Source: a bacterium HR21 (lineage in GTDB: Bacteria > Bacteroidota > Ignavibacteria > Kapaibacteriales > HRBIN21). From it: a stretch of 64,000 nucleotides of DNA. A program made the position numbers and the translations under genes. Of the stretch, positions 1-9,684 are shown one piece after another. Below the pieces are notes generated by a model, which ran no database searches, had not been told where the DNA came from, and saw nothing but the letters and a program-made list of their open reading frames with translations. How positions within the stretch are numbered: position 1 is the first letter of the stretch; every line of letters begins with the position of its first letter. Location: contig BEHX01000001.1 of the NCBI GenBank assembly GCA_002898295.1, positions 265,473 to 329,472 on the forward strand, in the 5' to 3' direction.

Positions 1-190
1 GCACGTGCATATCGAAGAGTCCGGGGACCGCCAGGAGGGTCCGACCGTCTATGCGGTGTGTCTGCGGCTCAGCCGCAATGGGTTCAGGGCTGAGTGCTTC
101 AATGTACCCGTCTTTGAGCCACAGGAAGAAGCGCCCGTCAATGCCCTCTGCCGGATGGAGAATGCGAATTCCTTCGAAGAGCACGTTCAT
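1..190 (-). CDS. pyrC: Dihydroorotase / amidohydrolase, N-terminal part (runs off window start)
   Basis: Manual translation from ATG at 190 gives MNVLFEGIRILHPAEGIDG...LLAVPGLFDMHV, with the amidohydrolase PGxxDxHxH motif cut by the window edge. The ATG overlaps the rnhB stop (ATGA). Not in the ORF track. Confidence 0.75.
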   Translation of the reverse strand, partial: MNVLFEGIRILHPAEGIDGRFFLWLKDGYIEALSPEPIAAEPQTHRIDGRTLLAVPGLFDMHV

Positions 191-816
191 TGCTCCTCGG
201 TCAGCTGTTGTAGGCGACGCAGGAAGCTGCGACGGTGGAGGGCGCATGGACCGTGGCGGCGGAGAGCAGCCCAATGCTGCCGCGTGCCGTACCCCTTATG
301 GCGGGCAAATCCGTACTCGGGATAGCGCAGGTCGGCAACCTCGATCATCCAGCTATCCCGGGCAACCTTGGCCACGATGGAGGCCGCAGCGATGGAAAGA
401 CAGCGCTGGTCTCCATCCACCAGTGCCCGCCCCGGCAGGTCAATTGCTGGGAAGAGGGGACCGTCCACCAAGACGAAGTCCGGTCTGACCGATAGCCCTC
501 GGAGCGCCTGTTCCATTGCAAGCAGGGTTGCCCGGACGATGGTAAGGGTGTCAATCAGGACGGCATCAACCCAGCCGAGGGCATAAGCAACGGCATGCTG
601 CTGGAGGTAGCCGACCACGCGCTGGCGTTGTCCAGGAGTCAGCTCCTTGGAATCCCGCACGGGTAGAGCTGGCGTAAAGCCTGGCGGCAGAATGATCGCG
701 GCAGCCACCACCGGTCCAGCCAGCGCTCCACGCCCGACTTCGTCAACGCCAGCAACGTACTTCCCGCTGCGCCAGAAGGGCTCTTCGTAGATCGGCTGCA
801 AGCTATCGGACCACAT
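187..816 (-). CDS. rnhB: Ribonuclease HII
   Basis: AGVDEVGRGALAGPV, DSK, SIAAASIVAKVARD and HKGYGT motifs. Start placed at ATG 816. Confidence 0.95.
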   Translation of the reverse strand: MWSDSLQPIYEEPFWRSGKYVAGVDEVGRGALAGPVVAAAIILPPGFTPALPVRDSKELTPGQRQRVVGYLQQHAVAYALGWVDAVLIDTLTIVRATLLAMEQALRGLSVRPDFVLVDGPLFPAIDLPGRALVDGDQRCLSIAAASIVAKVARDSWMIEVADLRYPEYGFARHKGYGTRQHWAALRRHGPCALHRRSFLRRLQQLTEEQ

Positions 817-1489
817 CGTGCTGCGGGACTTCGAGAGCCGCCAGGCGGAGGAACTCCGTGCGCAGCTGGGCATTCTCCGCCAGCTCTCCGCGCCAGGCAG
901 CGGTGACCATGACAGCTTGCTCCTGGTCCCCCTCAACCCCGCGGAGGATCATGCAGTAGTGCCGGCAGGCAAGCACTACCCCGAGCGCTCGCGGACGGAG
1001 CTTCTCGTGCAGGAAATCGGCAATTTGTTCTGTTAGCTCCTCTTGGACTTGTCCCCGCCGGCTGAACCACTCCACTACACGATTGAGCTTTGACAGCCCA
1101 ATGATGTGCTGGTCCGGCACGTACCCGATGGTGCACTGTCCGATGATTGGCTGCCAGTGGTGCGAGCACACCGACCGCACATCAATTCCCCGGCTCATGA
1201 CCAGCCCACTGACCTTCCGGCGGTTCGGGAAGACAGTGCAGCGCGGCGGCGGCTCGTAGCGCCCGCGGAAGAGTTCCCGTACCCACATGCGCGCAAGCCG
1301 CTTCGGGGTATCAGCGCTGTTCGGATCCGTCGGGTCAATACGCAAAACCCGCAGAATCGCCGCGAAGTGCTCCTCCAGAGCGGCTTCCATTTGTTGGAGC
1401 TCTTCGGGGCTCAGCCGGAGATTGCCGTTGGCATCGGCAAATCCCGGCGTTATCTCCCGGAGAGCCTGGCGACATCCATTCCCCTGCAT
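803..1489 (-). CDS. folE: GTP cyclohydrolase I
   Basis: DTPKRLARM, SVCSHH, IIGLSKLNR, QVQEELT and HYCMILRG motifs. Confidence 0.93.
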   Translation of the reverse strand: MQGNGCRQALREITPGFADANGNLRLSPEELQQMEAALEEHFAAILRVLRIDPTDPNSADTPKRLARMWVRELFRGRYEPPPRCTVFPNRRKVSGLVMSRGIDVRSVCSHHWQPIIGQCTIGYVPDQHIIGLSKLNRVVEWFSRRGQVQEELTEQIADFLHEKLRPRALGVVLACRHYCMILRGVEGDQEQAVMVTAAWRGELAENAQLRTEFLRLAALEVPQHDVVR

Positions 1490-1956
1490 CAGGGACGCTC
1501 CTCTCTGAGTTGACCATGACGCATCACACCATTGCCCGTTAGCTCAACAGGCTCGCCGCGGTACTCCGCGTAGTTGTTCTCCGACTCATAGACCCGCACG
1601 GCATATAGCTTCCCTGCAGGCAGCTTCCCCTCCAGGATTTGCCAGAAGGCAATTGCAAGGTTCTCCACCGTAGGGTTGACCCCACGCAGGAAGTCCACGT
1701 CGTAATTGAGGTGCTTGTGGTCCACCTTGCTGAGAATCTCCTCTTCGAGCACCCGCGCCAGGAGCTTGAGATCAACGACATAGCCCGTCTCCGGGTCCGG
1801 GATGCCGGCAACTGTGACTTCCACAACGTAGTTGTGTCCATGCCCATGAGGATTGGCACATTTGTCGAAAACCGCCTGATTACGCTCCTCGGACCATTGC
1901 GGGTTATAGAGCCGATGAGCCGCCGAGAAACTCACGCGACGGGTGACGTAGACCAT
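1489..1956 (-). CDS. queD: 6-carboxytetrahydropterin / 6-pyruvoyl-tetrahydropterin synthase
   Basis: FSAAHRL, CANPHGHGHNY, PTVENLA and VYESENN motifs. Adjacent to folE. Confidence 0.88.
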   Translation of the reverse strand: MVYVTRRVSFSAAHRLYNPQWSEERNQAVFDKCANPHGHGHNYVVEVTVAGIPDPETGYVVDLKLLARVLEEEILSKVDHKHLNYDVDFLRGVNPTVENLAIAFWQILEGKLPAGKLYAVRVYESENNYAEYRGEPVELTGNGVMRHGQLREERP

Positions 1957-2059
1957 CAGGGGCTCCGTTACCGACTACACGAACCATGCCCTGCGCCCAG
2001 CGCAATAGGCACTCGCGAAAATCGTAAAAAGCCAAAACCCCAGACGGGTTCCTTCCTCC

Positions 2060-2812
2060 ATGGGATGCCGCCTGCAGTTGGTAGTTTCGCTCAGCATCTG
2101 TGGGCTTCTCGGTTGTGCGAGCCCGCAGCGCCTCGTCCAAGCTCCTGATGCTGCTACCCTCCACGCCTTTCTCCAGCAGTTCCGGACAGAGCGGCTCAAG
2201 GAGCCACCGGTTGTTGTGCTGAGCGCTGAAATGACCGTTTCCGGGATTGCTTTCCCGGTTTCCTGCCGGGCAGAAATTGCAGGGAGTGACTCGCTCTATG
2301 CCGAGCTCTGGGGACCTCTAGGCTTTGCTCTTGGGCAGCTGCGGGCAACGCCGGAGACACTAACCTACTACGATGCACTCCGGAACCTGCTCGTTGAGTC
2401 CCGACCACGCCCGGAGTTTCTACAGAAGATGCTTGGGGTGCCGCTGACCTACGGAACCCTCCTGGCACTGCTCCGCCAGCGCCCTCCCCTGCCGGAAGTG
2501 CCCGAGGCAGTGTCCTGGGATTCCTCCCGCGCTCTGCTTATCCTCCAGGACACGGGAGGGAACCGCCTTGAGTTCCGTTTTCCCCAAAGGGAGCTCCATG
2601 CCTACGAAGCTCGGCTTTCCCCGGAGAGCACCATCCGGGTGACGTACTCGGATTGGCAGACTGCCTTTCCTGCGTACGCCCGAGTAGTGCAGCTGAGAAC
2701 ACCCCGCATCACGCTCATCTGTCGCGTCCAGGAGTTCGGTTTCCGTCAGAGACCTTCGGGACCGTATGTGCTTGCGGTTCCCTCGGATGCAACCCGCGTT
2801 GTCCTGGAATAA
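2060..2812 (+). CDS. Lipoprotein, DUF4292/LolB-like
   Basis: Lipobox LLGC and a DSLYAELWGPLG segment resembling DUF4292. Lies upstream of the lptD-like gene. Confidence 0.55.
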   Translation: MGCRLQLVVSLSICGLLGCASPQRLVQAPDAATLHAFLQQFRTERLKEPPVVVLSAEMTVSGIAFPVSCRAEIAGSDSLYAELWGPLGFALGQLRATPETLTYYDALRNLLVESRPRPEFLQKMLGVPLTYGTLLALLRQRPPLPEVPEAVSWDSSRALLILQDTGGNRLEFRFPQRELHAYEARLSPESTIRVTYSDWQTAFPAYARVVQLRTPRITLICRVQEFGFRQRPSGPYVLAVPSDATRVVLE

Positions 2813-5366
2813 GCTCCTGAGCGGCTTTGTGGTGAGCCTCTTCCTTGCAGCCGCTGCCGCCGCTCAGGTAGAGGTCCGCACCGGACCGAAATCCCCCGGC
2901 GGAGCACTGCCACACCAAGCCCCTCCTTCAGCGGAGGATAGCGCTTCTGCCCGAATCCCCCTGACTTTTCCAGCGGCGGTGTCAGACACCGTTCACCCCC
3001 CACTCCGGCAGGATGCTGCTGAGCTTCAAGAGCGCTCAGGACGCGGGATCGACACTGTTGTGACCTTTGCTGCTCGGGATACCATGCTCTTCACCGCCTC
3101 TGAGCGTCGGCTGCGCCTCCGCGGACATGCACGCCTCCAGTTTCGGAATCAAGAGCTCACAGCCGAGGTCATCGAACTCTGGCTGGAGACGGCGGAGTTG
3201 ACCGCGGAAGGGACTCCCGAGAGAGGCTCCCAGGCGGGGACTCCGATCTTCCGAGAAGGCACGGAAGAGTACCGTGGCGAACGTTTCCGGTATAGCTTCC
3301 GAACACGACGCGGGGTAGTCACCGGGGTTACAACACAGCTAGGGGAAGGCTTCTACTCCGGGCAACGCCTCAAGCAGGTGGTACCCGGGATTTTCTATGT
3401 CCAAAACGGCTGCTACACGACGTGCGATCACACCCCGCCGCACTTCCGGTTCTGCGCCTCGCAGATGAAGCTCCGCGCGGGGGATCGGCTCTTTACCAAT
3501 GCGTTGACGCTCTACGTCGAAGAGGTCCCGCTGTTCTTCTTTCCCTTCGGCCTCTTTTTCCCCAACCGAGGCGGGCGCCAATCGGGGATATTGACGCCGT
3601 CGTTTTTCTTCTCTGCAGGCGGCGGTGTGGTGCTGGAGAACCTCGGCTACTTCCTGGCACCGAGCGAGTACTGGGACGCCCAATTTCGCGTGACGCTCCG
3701 GACCCGACAGGGTGCTGTCTTCCACACACTCCTCCGTTATGCCGTCCGCGGTTGGATAGACGGCTCTGCCGAGCTGAGCGGAGGTTGGACGCGTTTGGAT
3801 TTGGATTCCCCCTTGCAGCCGCAATGGAACATCGCTTGGAGGCACCGTCAGCGGATTACTCCGCAATGGGATGTGCAGGTCAATCTCCAGCTCAGCTCCC
3901 CGGAGTACTTCCGGCAGGTTGTCACCGACATTCGGCAGCGTGTGCTGGGAAGCCTACTTTCGACATTCGGCAGCAGTTACATCTTCGAGTCTGGAGCGTC
4001 GCTCTCGCTTGCTGCCCAGCGGGAACAGAACCTGCTCACTGGCACCCACTCCGGCACACTCCCGCAGCTTACCCTGACGCTCCCAACCTGGATGCCGCTG
4101 GGACGTTGGTATGCTCTGCCGGAGTGGCTTCGCCAGCTGCAGCTTGACTACACCGCAACGGCGCTCTGGAGCTACCGTCGCAGCGACGATGGGACCTTCT
4201 CGCATCAGAGCTTCCTCCGCCACGTACCCTCTGTGCGCGTCAGCCCAAAGCTGGGATTTGTGACGCTGACGCCAACGATGAGCTACCAGGAACGCTGGTA
4301 CTTCCGCCAACTGCGGCAGTGGATGCACCCGGAGGATTCCACACTTGTCCAGGAGCGCTCGGCAGGTTTTTTCCGGGAGTACAGCTACAGCATCGGCGTG
4401 AGCCTCAGCACCCGGCTCTACGGGATTGCCGCCCTCCCCGTCGCTCTCGGGGTCCAGGCATTCCGGCACGTACTGCAGCCGACTGTGACGCTCTCCTATA
4501 CGCCCTCCTTCCCGCAATTCTACGCCTCATACACCGACTACCGCAGTGGACAGGTGGTCAACTACAGCCGCTTCGCGCTCGACGGGGGCGGCTTTGCTCC
4601 GCGGCAGCGGCAGCTACGCCTGGACTACCGGCTGCTGAACAGCTTTGAGCTCAAGCCAGTGCCAAGAGATACTGCTGCTGTGCTGCCCTTCGAAGTGTTC
4701 CGCCTCTCCCTTGCTGGGAGCTATAACCCTCTGGCAGATTCCCTCCGGCTCGGCGACCTCAGCTTCGACTTCTCGATCCCTGCCTTGCAACGCATTCGGC
4801 TTCAAGGGACTGGGACAGCAACCTTCTACTCGGAAGTGCCCGCTGCGACGCAGGGAGGACTCGTCTGGCGCCGCGTCAATCGGTTGCGGATTGCCGATGG
4901 ACTCTTTCCTCTCCGGCTGACGAGCTTCCGGCTGCAAGCAGATTTCGATGGAGGTGGGACCGTTCGCCTTCCGAGCTCTCCCCTGAAGGATTCAACGACG
5001 GCGGACTTCTTCGGAGAATACCCTACTCCGCTTGCGCTCCCTCCGCTGGATTGGCACTACCGGGTTAGCGCGAGCCTGCGCTACGAAGAGCCTACGCGCG
5101 GACAGATCGTGCGGGGGATTGACCTGCTGCTCGGGATTGGGCTCCGCCTCGGGGGCTGGAATCTCCAAGCCAATGCCAATCTGGACGTGCTGCAAGGTCA
5201 GCTGATCACGCCAGCGGTCTCGCTCGTACGCGATCTCCACTGCTGGGAGTTGCGGCTGGAATGGTACCCCCTTGGCACTTTCCGGGGATACTGGCTGCGC
5301 TTTTCTCCGAAAGCCTCTACCTTGCGGGACCTGAAGTACGAGGAGAAAACTATCCCGGGCTTGTAA
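2766..5366 (+). CDS. lptD: LPS assembly outer-membrane protein, LptD family
   Basis: N-terminal OstA-like region, YTTCDHTPPHF, RQSGILTP and C-terminal RDLHCWE, typical of FCB-group LptD. Exact start uncertain. Confidence 0.8.
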   Translation: MCLRFPRMQPALSWNKLLSGFVVSLFLAAAAAAQVEVRTGPKSPGGALPHQAPPSAEDSASARIPLTFPAAVSDTVHPPLRQDAAELQERSGRGIDTVVTFAARDTMLFTASERRLRLRGHARLQFRNQELTAEVIELWLETAELTAEGTPERGSQAGTPIFREGTEEYRGERFRYSFRTRRGVVTGVTTQLGEGFYSGQRLKQVVPGIFYVQNGCYTTCDHTPPHFRFCASQMKLRAGDRLFTNALTLYVEEVPLFFFPFGLFFPNRGGRQSGILTPSFFFSAGGGVVLENLGYFLAPSEYWDAQFRVTLRTRQGAVFHTLLRYAVRGWIDGSAELSGGWTRLDLDSPLQPQWNIAWRHRQRITPQWDVQVNLQLSSPEYFRQVVTDIRQRVLGSLLSTFGSSYIFESGASLSLAAQREQNLLTGTHSGTLPQLTLTLPTWMPLGRWYALPEWLRQLQLDYTATALWSYRRSDDGTFSHQSFLRHVPSVRVSPKLGFVTLTPTMSYQERWYFRQLRQWMHPEDSTLVQERSAGFFREYSYSIGVSLSTRLYGIAALPVALGVQAFRHVLQPTVTLSYTPSFPQFYASYTDYRSGQVVNYSRFALDGGGFAPRQRQLRLDYRLLNSFELKPVPRDTAAVLPFEVFRLSLAGSYNPLADSLRLGDLSFDFSIPALQRIRLQGTGTATFYSEVPAATQGGLVWRRVNRLRIADGLFPLRLTSFRLQADFDGGGTVRLPSSPLKDSTTADFFGEYPTPLALPPLDWHYRVSASLRYEEPTRGQIVRGIDLLLGIGLRLGGWNLQANANLDVLQGQLITPAVSLVRDLHCWELRLEWYPLGTFRGYWLRFSPKASTLRDLKYEEKTIPGL

Positions 5367-5372
5367 GGCTTT

Positions 5373-7184
5373 TCAAGGCTTCCGGAGCTGGAGCGAAAAC
5401 CAGGGGAACACATGCCAGCGAGAGCTCTGCCCCGTATGCCGGAGCTCATACCAGCCAGATGCGAGAATGCTCCCATAGGCGGTTGGTACTTCTATCCGCA
5501 CCTGAGGTCCGATGCCAATCTGGTGAGAGAGCACGCCGAGCCGCACATCGGAGTAGCGGAAGGAGCTTGCCCGTACCCCGATTCCCCAGACTCGCTCTCC
5601 GTGCTGGCGGCTGAGGAGGAAAGCAGCACTGAACTCTTGGGTCGTACTCTGGGGCTGCTCAGCGAACTGGCGCCAGTAGAAGAGCCCCACGCGATTGACC
5701 CGTCCGGAAAGCAGCAGCTCCCCTCCCCAGCCTGGAGTGAGGCGGAAGGTAAGGCTATCTCGATATGCCCACTGTCGGAGCGCGAGGTCCTGCAGGACGC
5801 TCGTGTACGGATAATCGCGGACGGTGTAACTGGCGAGGATCTCCCACTGTGGATTCCAGGAGCTATGTGTCCCCCGCCAGTGTGCCTCCCAACGGAGAGC
5901 CAGAACATAGAGTCGATGGTTCCATGCGCTCCGCAGCGCGTGGAGGAACACCGTGTGACGCCTTTGAAATTCAAGAGTTGCCCGAATGCTCGACCCTGGA
6001 CGCCAGGAGCGGCGGTACTGGATGAGAGCTCCACCGTGCTGTTCGTCGCGGTCATCGCTGTTCTGCGGGCTGGGGGTGTCGTAGCGCAGGATCCCCAGGA
6101 GAGTAGAGAGTGCGAGTGTATCGCGCGGCGAGAGTCCGAGATCTGCCCGGGCTGAAAGCTGTGACCAGAGAGTGCTGTATTCTTGGAGCGCCAGCTGTGC
6201 GCGTCGCTGCTGGAGTTCGGGAGAGAGGATGAGGTTCCCCGGGATGTCTGCCCGGTAGGCTTCTTCAGCATAGCGGAGGGTGAATTCGAGCTGGAAAGTC
6301 CCCAGCGGTGGAGTCCAGTAGAGGGAGCTTCCCAGCTCTCCGGCAAGCCGTATGGATCGAAGCGGGAGGCTATCAGGGTACGGCTGAACGCGACCTTGCC
6401 AAACATTGATGTGTGTCGCGGCAAGGGCAATCTGCCCAGAGAGCGTCGGAGCAAACGGTTCGGTAATCCGTACTGTCCCCGAGGCAGTCTGTTCCCGCCT
6501 GCGCTGAAACTCTGCGCCAATCCCCGGGAAGTCCTGCGAGACGAGCCGGTAAGTACCGCGGAGGAGTGTATCCGCGGAAGACCCACCCCATGCTACTTGT
6601 GCAGCCACGTCGTACCACTGCCGCCACCCACGGAAGCGCGTGCCCTCTGCGGAAAACCGGGCAGAGAGAGGAAACCGCTCTGGAGCCCAGGAAGCTGCTA
6701 CTGCTCCGCTCCACCCCTGATTGTGTACAGAAACCTGGCGAAGACTTTCCCAGCCGATCTCCGTGAGTACCGCCGCATGCGGGAGCCGATATCCTATCCC
6801 GAAGAGTAAACGCCCGCGAATCCGCTCCGAGCTGGGAATCCGGGCGTCCTGAAAGAAGTCTCCAGAGAGGCGCCCACGTATCATCCACGATGCCGCGAGA
6901 GGGAGAGTGGAGCGCACTTCCCCCTGAGCTTCGTTTCGGAAACTTGCCCGGTAAGGTTCTTCGGAGAAAGCGCTGTACGTCAGGCGCAGAGCAAGTGAAT
7001 CAGAACCTAGCACAAAGTTGTGCCCTACGAGGGCATCCCAGCGTGCTAGCGGCTGTTGGTACCAAACCCCCCAGAGGAGCGACTCTTGAGCAGGAAGCGG
7101 GAGTGTGAGGAGGGAGAGGAGGAGTGTGGGGAGGCTTTTCTGTTTGGGGTTTTCTTTGTGGGGGGTTGTGTAGGGGTGTGTCAT
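5373..7184 (-). CDS. Hypothetical outer-membrane beta-barrel protein
   Basis: About 600 aa with a signal peptide ending LPAQE, amphipathic beta-strand pattern and aromatic C-terminus (FPWFSLQL). ATG 7184 abuts motif copy 1. Confidence 0.6.
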   Translation of the reverse strand: MTHPYTTPHKENPKQKSLPTLLLSLLTLPLPAQESLLWGVWYQQPLARWDALVGHNFVLGSDSLALRLTYSAFSEEPYRASFRNEAQGEVRSTLPLAASWMIRGRLSGDFFQDARIPSSERIRGRLLFGIGYRLPHAAVLTEIGWESLRQVSVHNQGWSGAVAASWAPERFPLSARFSAEGTRFRGWRQWYDVAAQVAWGGSSADTLLRGTYRLVSQDFPGIGAEFQRRREQTASGTVRITEPFAPTLSGQIALAATHINVWQGRVQPYPDSLPLRSIRLAGELGSSLYWTPPLGTFQLEFTLRYAEEAYRADIPGNLILSPELQQRRAQLALQEYSTLWSQLSARADLGLSPRDTLALSTLLGILRYDTPSPQNSDDRDEQHGGALIQYRRSWRPGSSIRATLEFQRRHTVFLHALRSAWNHRLYVLALRWEAHWRGTHSSWNPQWEILASYTVRDYPYTSVLQDLALRQWAYRDSLTFRLTPGWGGELLLSGRVNRVGLFYWRQFAEQPQSTTQEFSAAFLLSRQHGERVWGIGVRASSFRYSDVRLGVLSHQIGIGPQVRIEVPTAYGSILASGWYELRHTGQSSRWHVFPWFSLQLRKP

Positions 7185-7197
7185 TTGCAATAACGGC
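7185..7197 (+). repeat. 13-bp motif TTGCAATAACGGC, copy 1, at a local GC-skew inversion
   Basis: Exact match to the copies at 21513 and 23477. Left flank 7101-7180 has 42 G and 3 C. Confidence 0.9.
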
Positions 7198-7211
7198 AAA
7201 ATTTCCCCACC

Positions 7212-8267
7212 TTACTCCCGCAACCGTGGGTCCAACGCATCCCGCAGCGCATCCCCAATGAGATTGTACGCCGCCACCGTCAGGAAAATCATCATCCCCG
7301 GAAACACAACCATCCACCACGTCGTCACCGTTCCCCGCGCCTTGGCAAGCATTGAGCCCCAGGTCACCACCGTCGGTGGTACCCCGAAGCCCAAGAAGCT
7401 CAGTGCCGATTCAATCAACACGGCATTGGCAATGCCAAATGCTGCTGCGACCAGAACCGGCGCCAGAGCGTTCGGCAGAACATGCCGGAAGATAATCCGA
7501 CCGGTTGAATACCCCAGTGCCTGTGCCGCTGTGACGTATTCCATTGCCCGAACACGGAGCACCTCCCCGCGTACAAAACGCGCTACCCCTGTCCAGCCCG
7601 TTACCCCAATCATCGCCATAATGAGCCAGATGCTGCCCTGCTGCACCATCGCTACCACGGTGATGATGAGGAAAAACGTCGGCAATGTCAGCACCAGCTC
7701 AATGAGCCGTGAAATCACGATGTCCACTATCCCGCCGTAGTACCCTGCCAAGGCTCCCAGGAAAATCCCGATTGCCAAAGCAATGCCCATGGCGATAAAG
7801 CCGATCGAGAGCGCGTAGCGTGTCCCGTGGAGAATGCCTGCCAGCACATCCCGTCCAATCTCATCGGTCCCGAGCCAATGCTTCGGCGATGGGCGCCGGT
7901 CACGCAGCGTCTGCAACGTCGGGTCTGTCGTCTCTGGCCGATACGGCACCGGGGGCCAGAGCGCCCAATCGTACTGCAGCCGCTTCCAGTCTACCTGCGC
8001 CCACTGCCCCCACGAGTCTAGCCCAAGCCCGACAGCATACTGCTTGAGCACTGGGAAGATCAGCTCGCCGCGGACTGATGCCACAATCGGTTTGTCATTG
8101 GCGAGGAAATCCGCCAGCACGGCAATCACCGCCAGCAGCCCGACAAATCCCAGCGAGACCATCCCCAGGGGATTGCGCCGGAACTGCCGCCACACCATAC
8201 GCCCATACGACTCCCCATGCTCGGCAACAGGCGGGATCTCGACAGAGCCCGGGACCATTGCCATCAC
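7212..8267 (-). CDS. oppC: Peptide/nickel ABC transporter permease (OppC/DppC type)
   Basis: HWLGTDEIGRD, EYVTAAQALG, HVLPN and GDALRDALDPR motifs. Confidence 0.9.
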   Translation of the reverse strand: MMAMVPGSVEIPPVAEHGESYGRMVWRQFRRNPLGMVSLGFVGLLAVIAVLADFLANDKPIVASVRGELIFPVLKQYAVGLGLDSWGQWAQVDWKRLQYDWALWPPVPYRPETTDPTLQTLRDRRPSPKHWLGTDEIGRDVLAGILHGTRYALSIGFIAMGIALAIGIFLGALAGYYGGIVDIVISRLIELVLTLPTFFLIITVVAMVQQGSIWLIMAMIGVTGWTGVARFVRGEVLRVRAMEYVTAAQALGYSTGRIIFRHVLPNALAPVLVAAAFGIANAVLIESALSFLGFGVPPTVVTWGSMLAKARGTVTTWWMVVFPGMMIFLTVAAYNLIGDALRDALDPRLRE

Positions 8268-9280
8268 TCCGTCCTCCGCGCAAAGCTGATACGAGGATCC
8301 ACAACGGCGTAGAGGATGTCCGCAAGGAGAATCCCGACCAGCGTCAGGAGTGCCGACAATGTGAAGATTGCCATGATGACCGGGTAATCCCGTGCCACCA
8401 GTGCCCGGAACGAGAGCTCACCCATCCCGGGGATACTGAAGATGGTCTCCACAATGACGCTCCCTCCAATCAAGGCGGGCAGAACACCCGCCAGCAGCGT
8501 GATGATAGGGATCAGCGAGTTACGCAACGCGTGTTTCCAAATCACAACCCGTTCCGGCAATCCCTTGGCGTACGCCGTGCGCACGTAATCCTGGCGGAGG
8601 ACCTCCAGCATCGCACTGCGCATCTGCCGGGAGATGAAGGCGAAACTGCTGTACGTGTAAACCAGCATCGGGAGCGTCAGATGCCAGACATAGTCAGCTA
8701 TCCGCCGCCATAGACTCCACTGCTCCGAGGCAAACACCGATCGAATCCCCCCGGTGGGAAACAGCGCCAGGTACTCTGGATTGCAGAGAAACGTGATCGC
8801 CAGCATCCCAACCCAGAAAGTCGGGAGCGAGTAGAGGGCAAACAGGAGCAGAGCCGTGAGGCGATCACCCAGAGTCCCCGCATGGGTTGCCGAGTATACC
8901 CCGAGCGGAATAGCAATCCCATAAGCGAGGAGCACAGCCACAAGGTTCATCGCCAACGTGATGGGAAGCCGTTCGAGAATCTTCTCCATCACCGGGCGAT
9001 TGTCTTGAAAGGAGCGTCCGAAATCGAGCCGGACAAGATCACGCAACCAAAACAGGTACTGTTGCCAGAGCGGCTTGTCCAAATGCCACTGCCGGCGCAG
9101 GAGTTCCAACGTCCGCTCGTTGAGCCCCGTCCGACCGGTAATGCCTCCCTCAGCGGTGACCCCAACTTTGAGCGCTGCCGGGTCCCCCGGCGCCAAACGA
9201 CTCACCGCGAAAGACAGCACCGTGATGAAGAACAACGTCGGGATGAAGAGGAGAATCCGTTGCAGGACGTACTTTGCCAT
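8264..9280 (-). CDS. oppB: Peptide/nickel ABC transporter permease (OppB/DppB type)
   Basis: PGDPA, DFGRSF, QDYVRTAYAKGL, HALRN, RDYPV and DPRI motifs. Confidence 0.9.
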   Translation of the reverse strand: MAKYVLQRILLFIPTLFFITVLSFAVSRLAPGDPAALKVGVTAEGGITGRTGLNERTLELLRRQWHLDKPLWQQYLFWLRDLVRLDFGRSFQDNRPVMEKILERLPITLAMNLVAVLLAYGIAIPLGVYSATHAGTLGDRLTALLLFALYSLPTFWVGMLAITFLCNPEYLALFPTGGIRSVFASEQWSLWRRIADYVWHLTLPMLVYTYSSFAFISRQMRSAMLEVLRQDYVRTAYAKGLPERVVIWKHALRNSLIPIITLLAGVLPALIGGSVIVETIFSIPGMGELSFRALVARDYPVIMAIFTLSALLTLVGILLADILYAVVDPRISFARRTE

Positions 9281-9311
9281 GAGCCAACCTCTTCGGGAGT
9301 GCTCAAGGAGC

Positions 9312-9319
9312 CAAAATTA
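9312..9319 (-). promoter_or_regulatory. Bacteroidota-type -7 promoter element TAATTTTG for oppBC
   Basis: Matches TAnnTTTG about 30 nt upstream of the oppB ATG. Confidence 0.6.
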
Positions 9320-9357
9320 CAAAGCTCCCCCTCCTTGGCTGTCCATACCGAAAGCCG

Positions 9358-9365
9358 TAGTTTTG
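9358..9365 (+). promoter_or_regulatory. Bacteroidota-type -7 promoter element TAGTTTTG for rpmB
   Basis: Matches TAnnTTTG about 35 nt upstream of the rpmB ATG. Confidence 0.6.
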
Positions 9366-9399
9366 CGTGCGTGTCAGTAGACCTGCTTACCCGTCGAAC

Positions 9400-9684
9400 A
9401 TGGCGAAGCGCTGTCAGCTCACCGGGATTGGACCACAGTTTGGGCATCGCGTCTCGCACGCGAACAACCGTTCAAACCGCAAATTCCTCCCCAACTTACA
9501 GTGGAAGCGCGTGTGGATTCCCGAACTCCAGCGTTGGGTTCGGCTGCGCCTGACAGCCAAAGCTCTCAAAACCCTGGACCGGAAGGGGTTTCCAGCGATG
9601 CTCAAGGAGCTGCGCCACGAAGGGGCAACAGAGCTGGTGCGGGAAATTCAGCGCCGGCTGCGGGTTGAGAAACTCAGCCTTTGA
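9400..9684 (+). CDS. rpmB: 50S ribosomal protein L28
   Basis: MAKRCQLTG...[23 protein letters not shown] signature. Confidence 0.95.
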   Translation: MAKRCQLTGIGPQFGHRVSHANNRSNRKFLPNLQWKRVWIPELQRWVRLRLTAKALKTLDRKGFPAMLKELRHEGATELVREIQRRLRVEKLSL

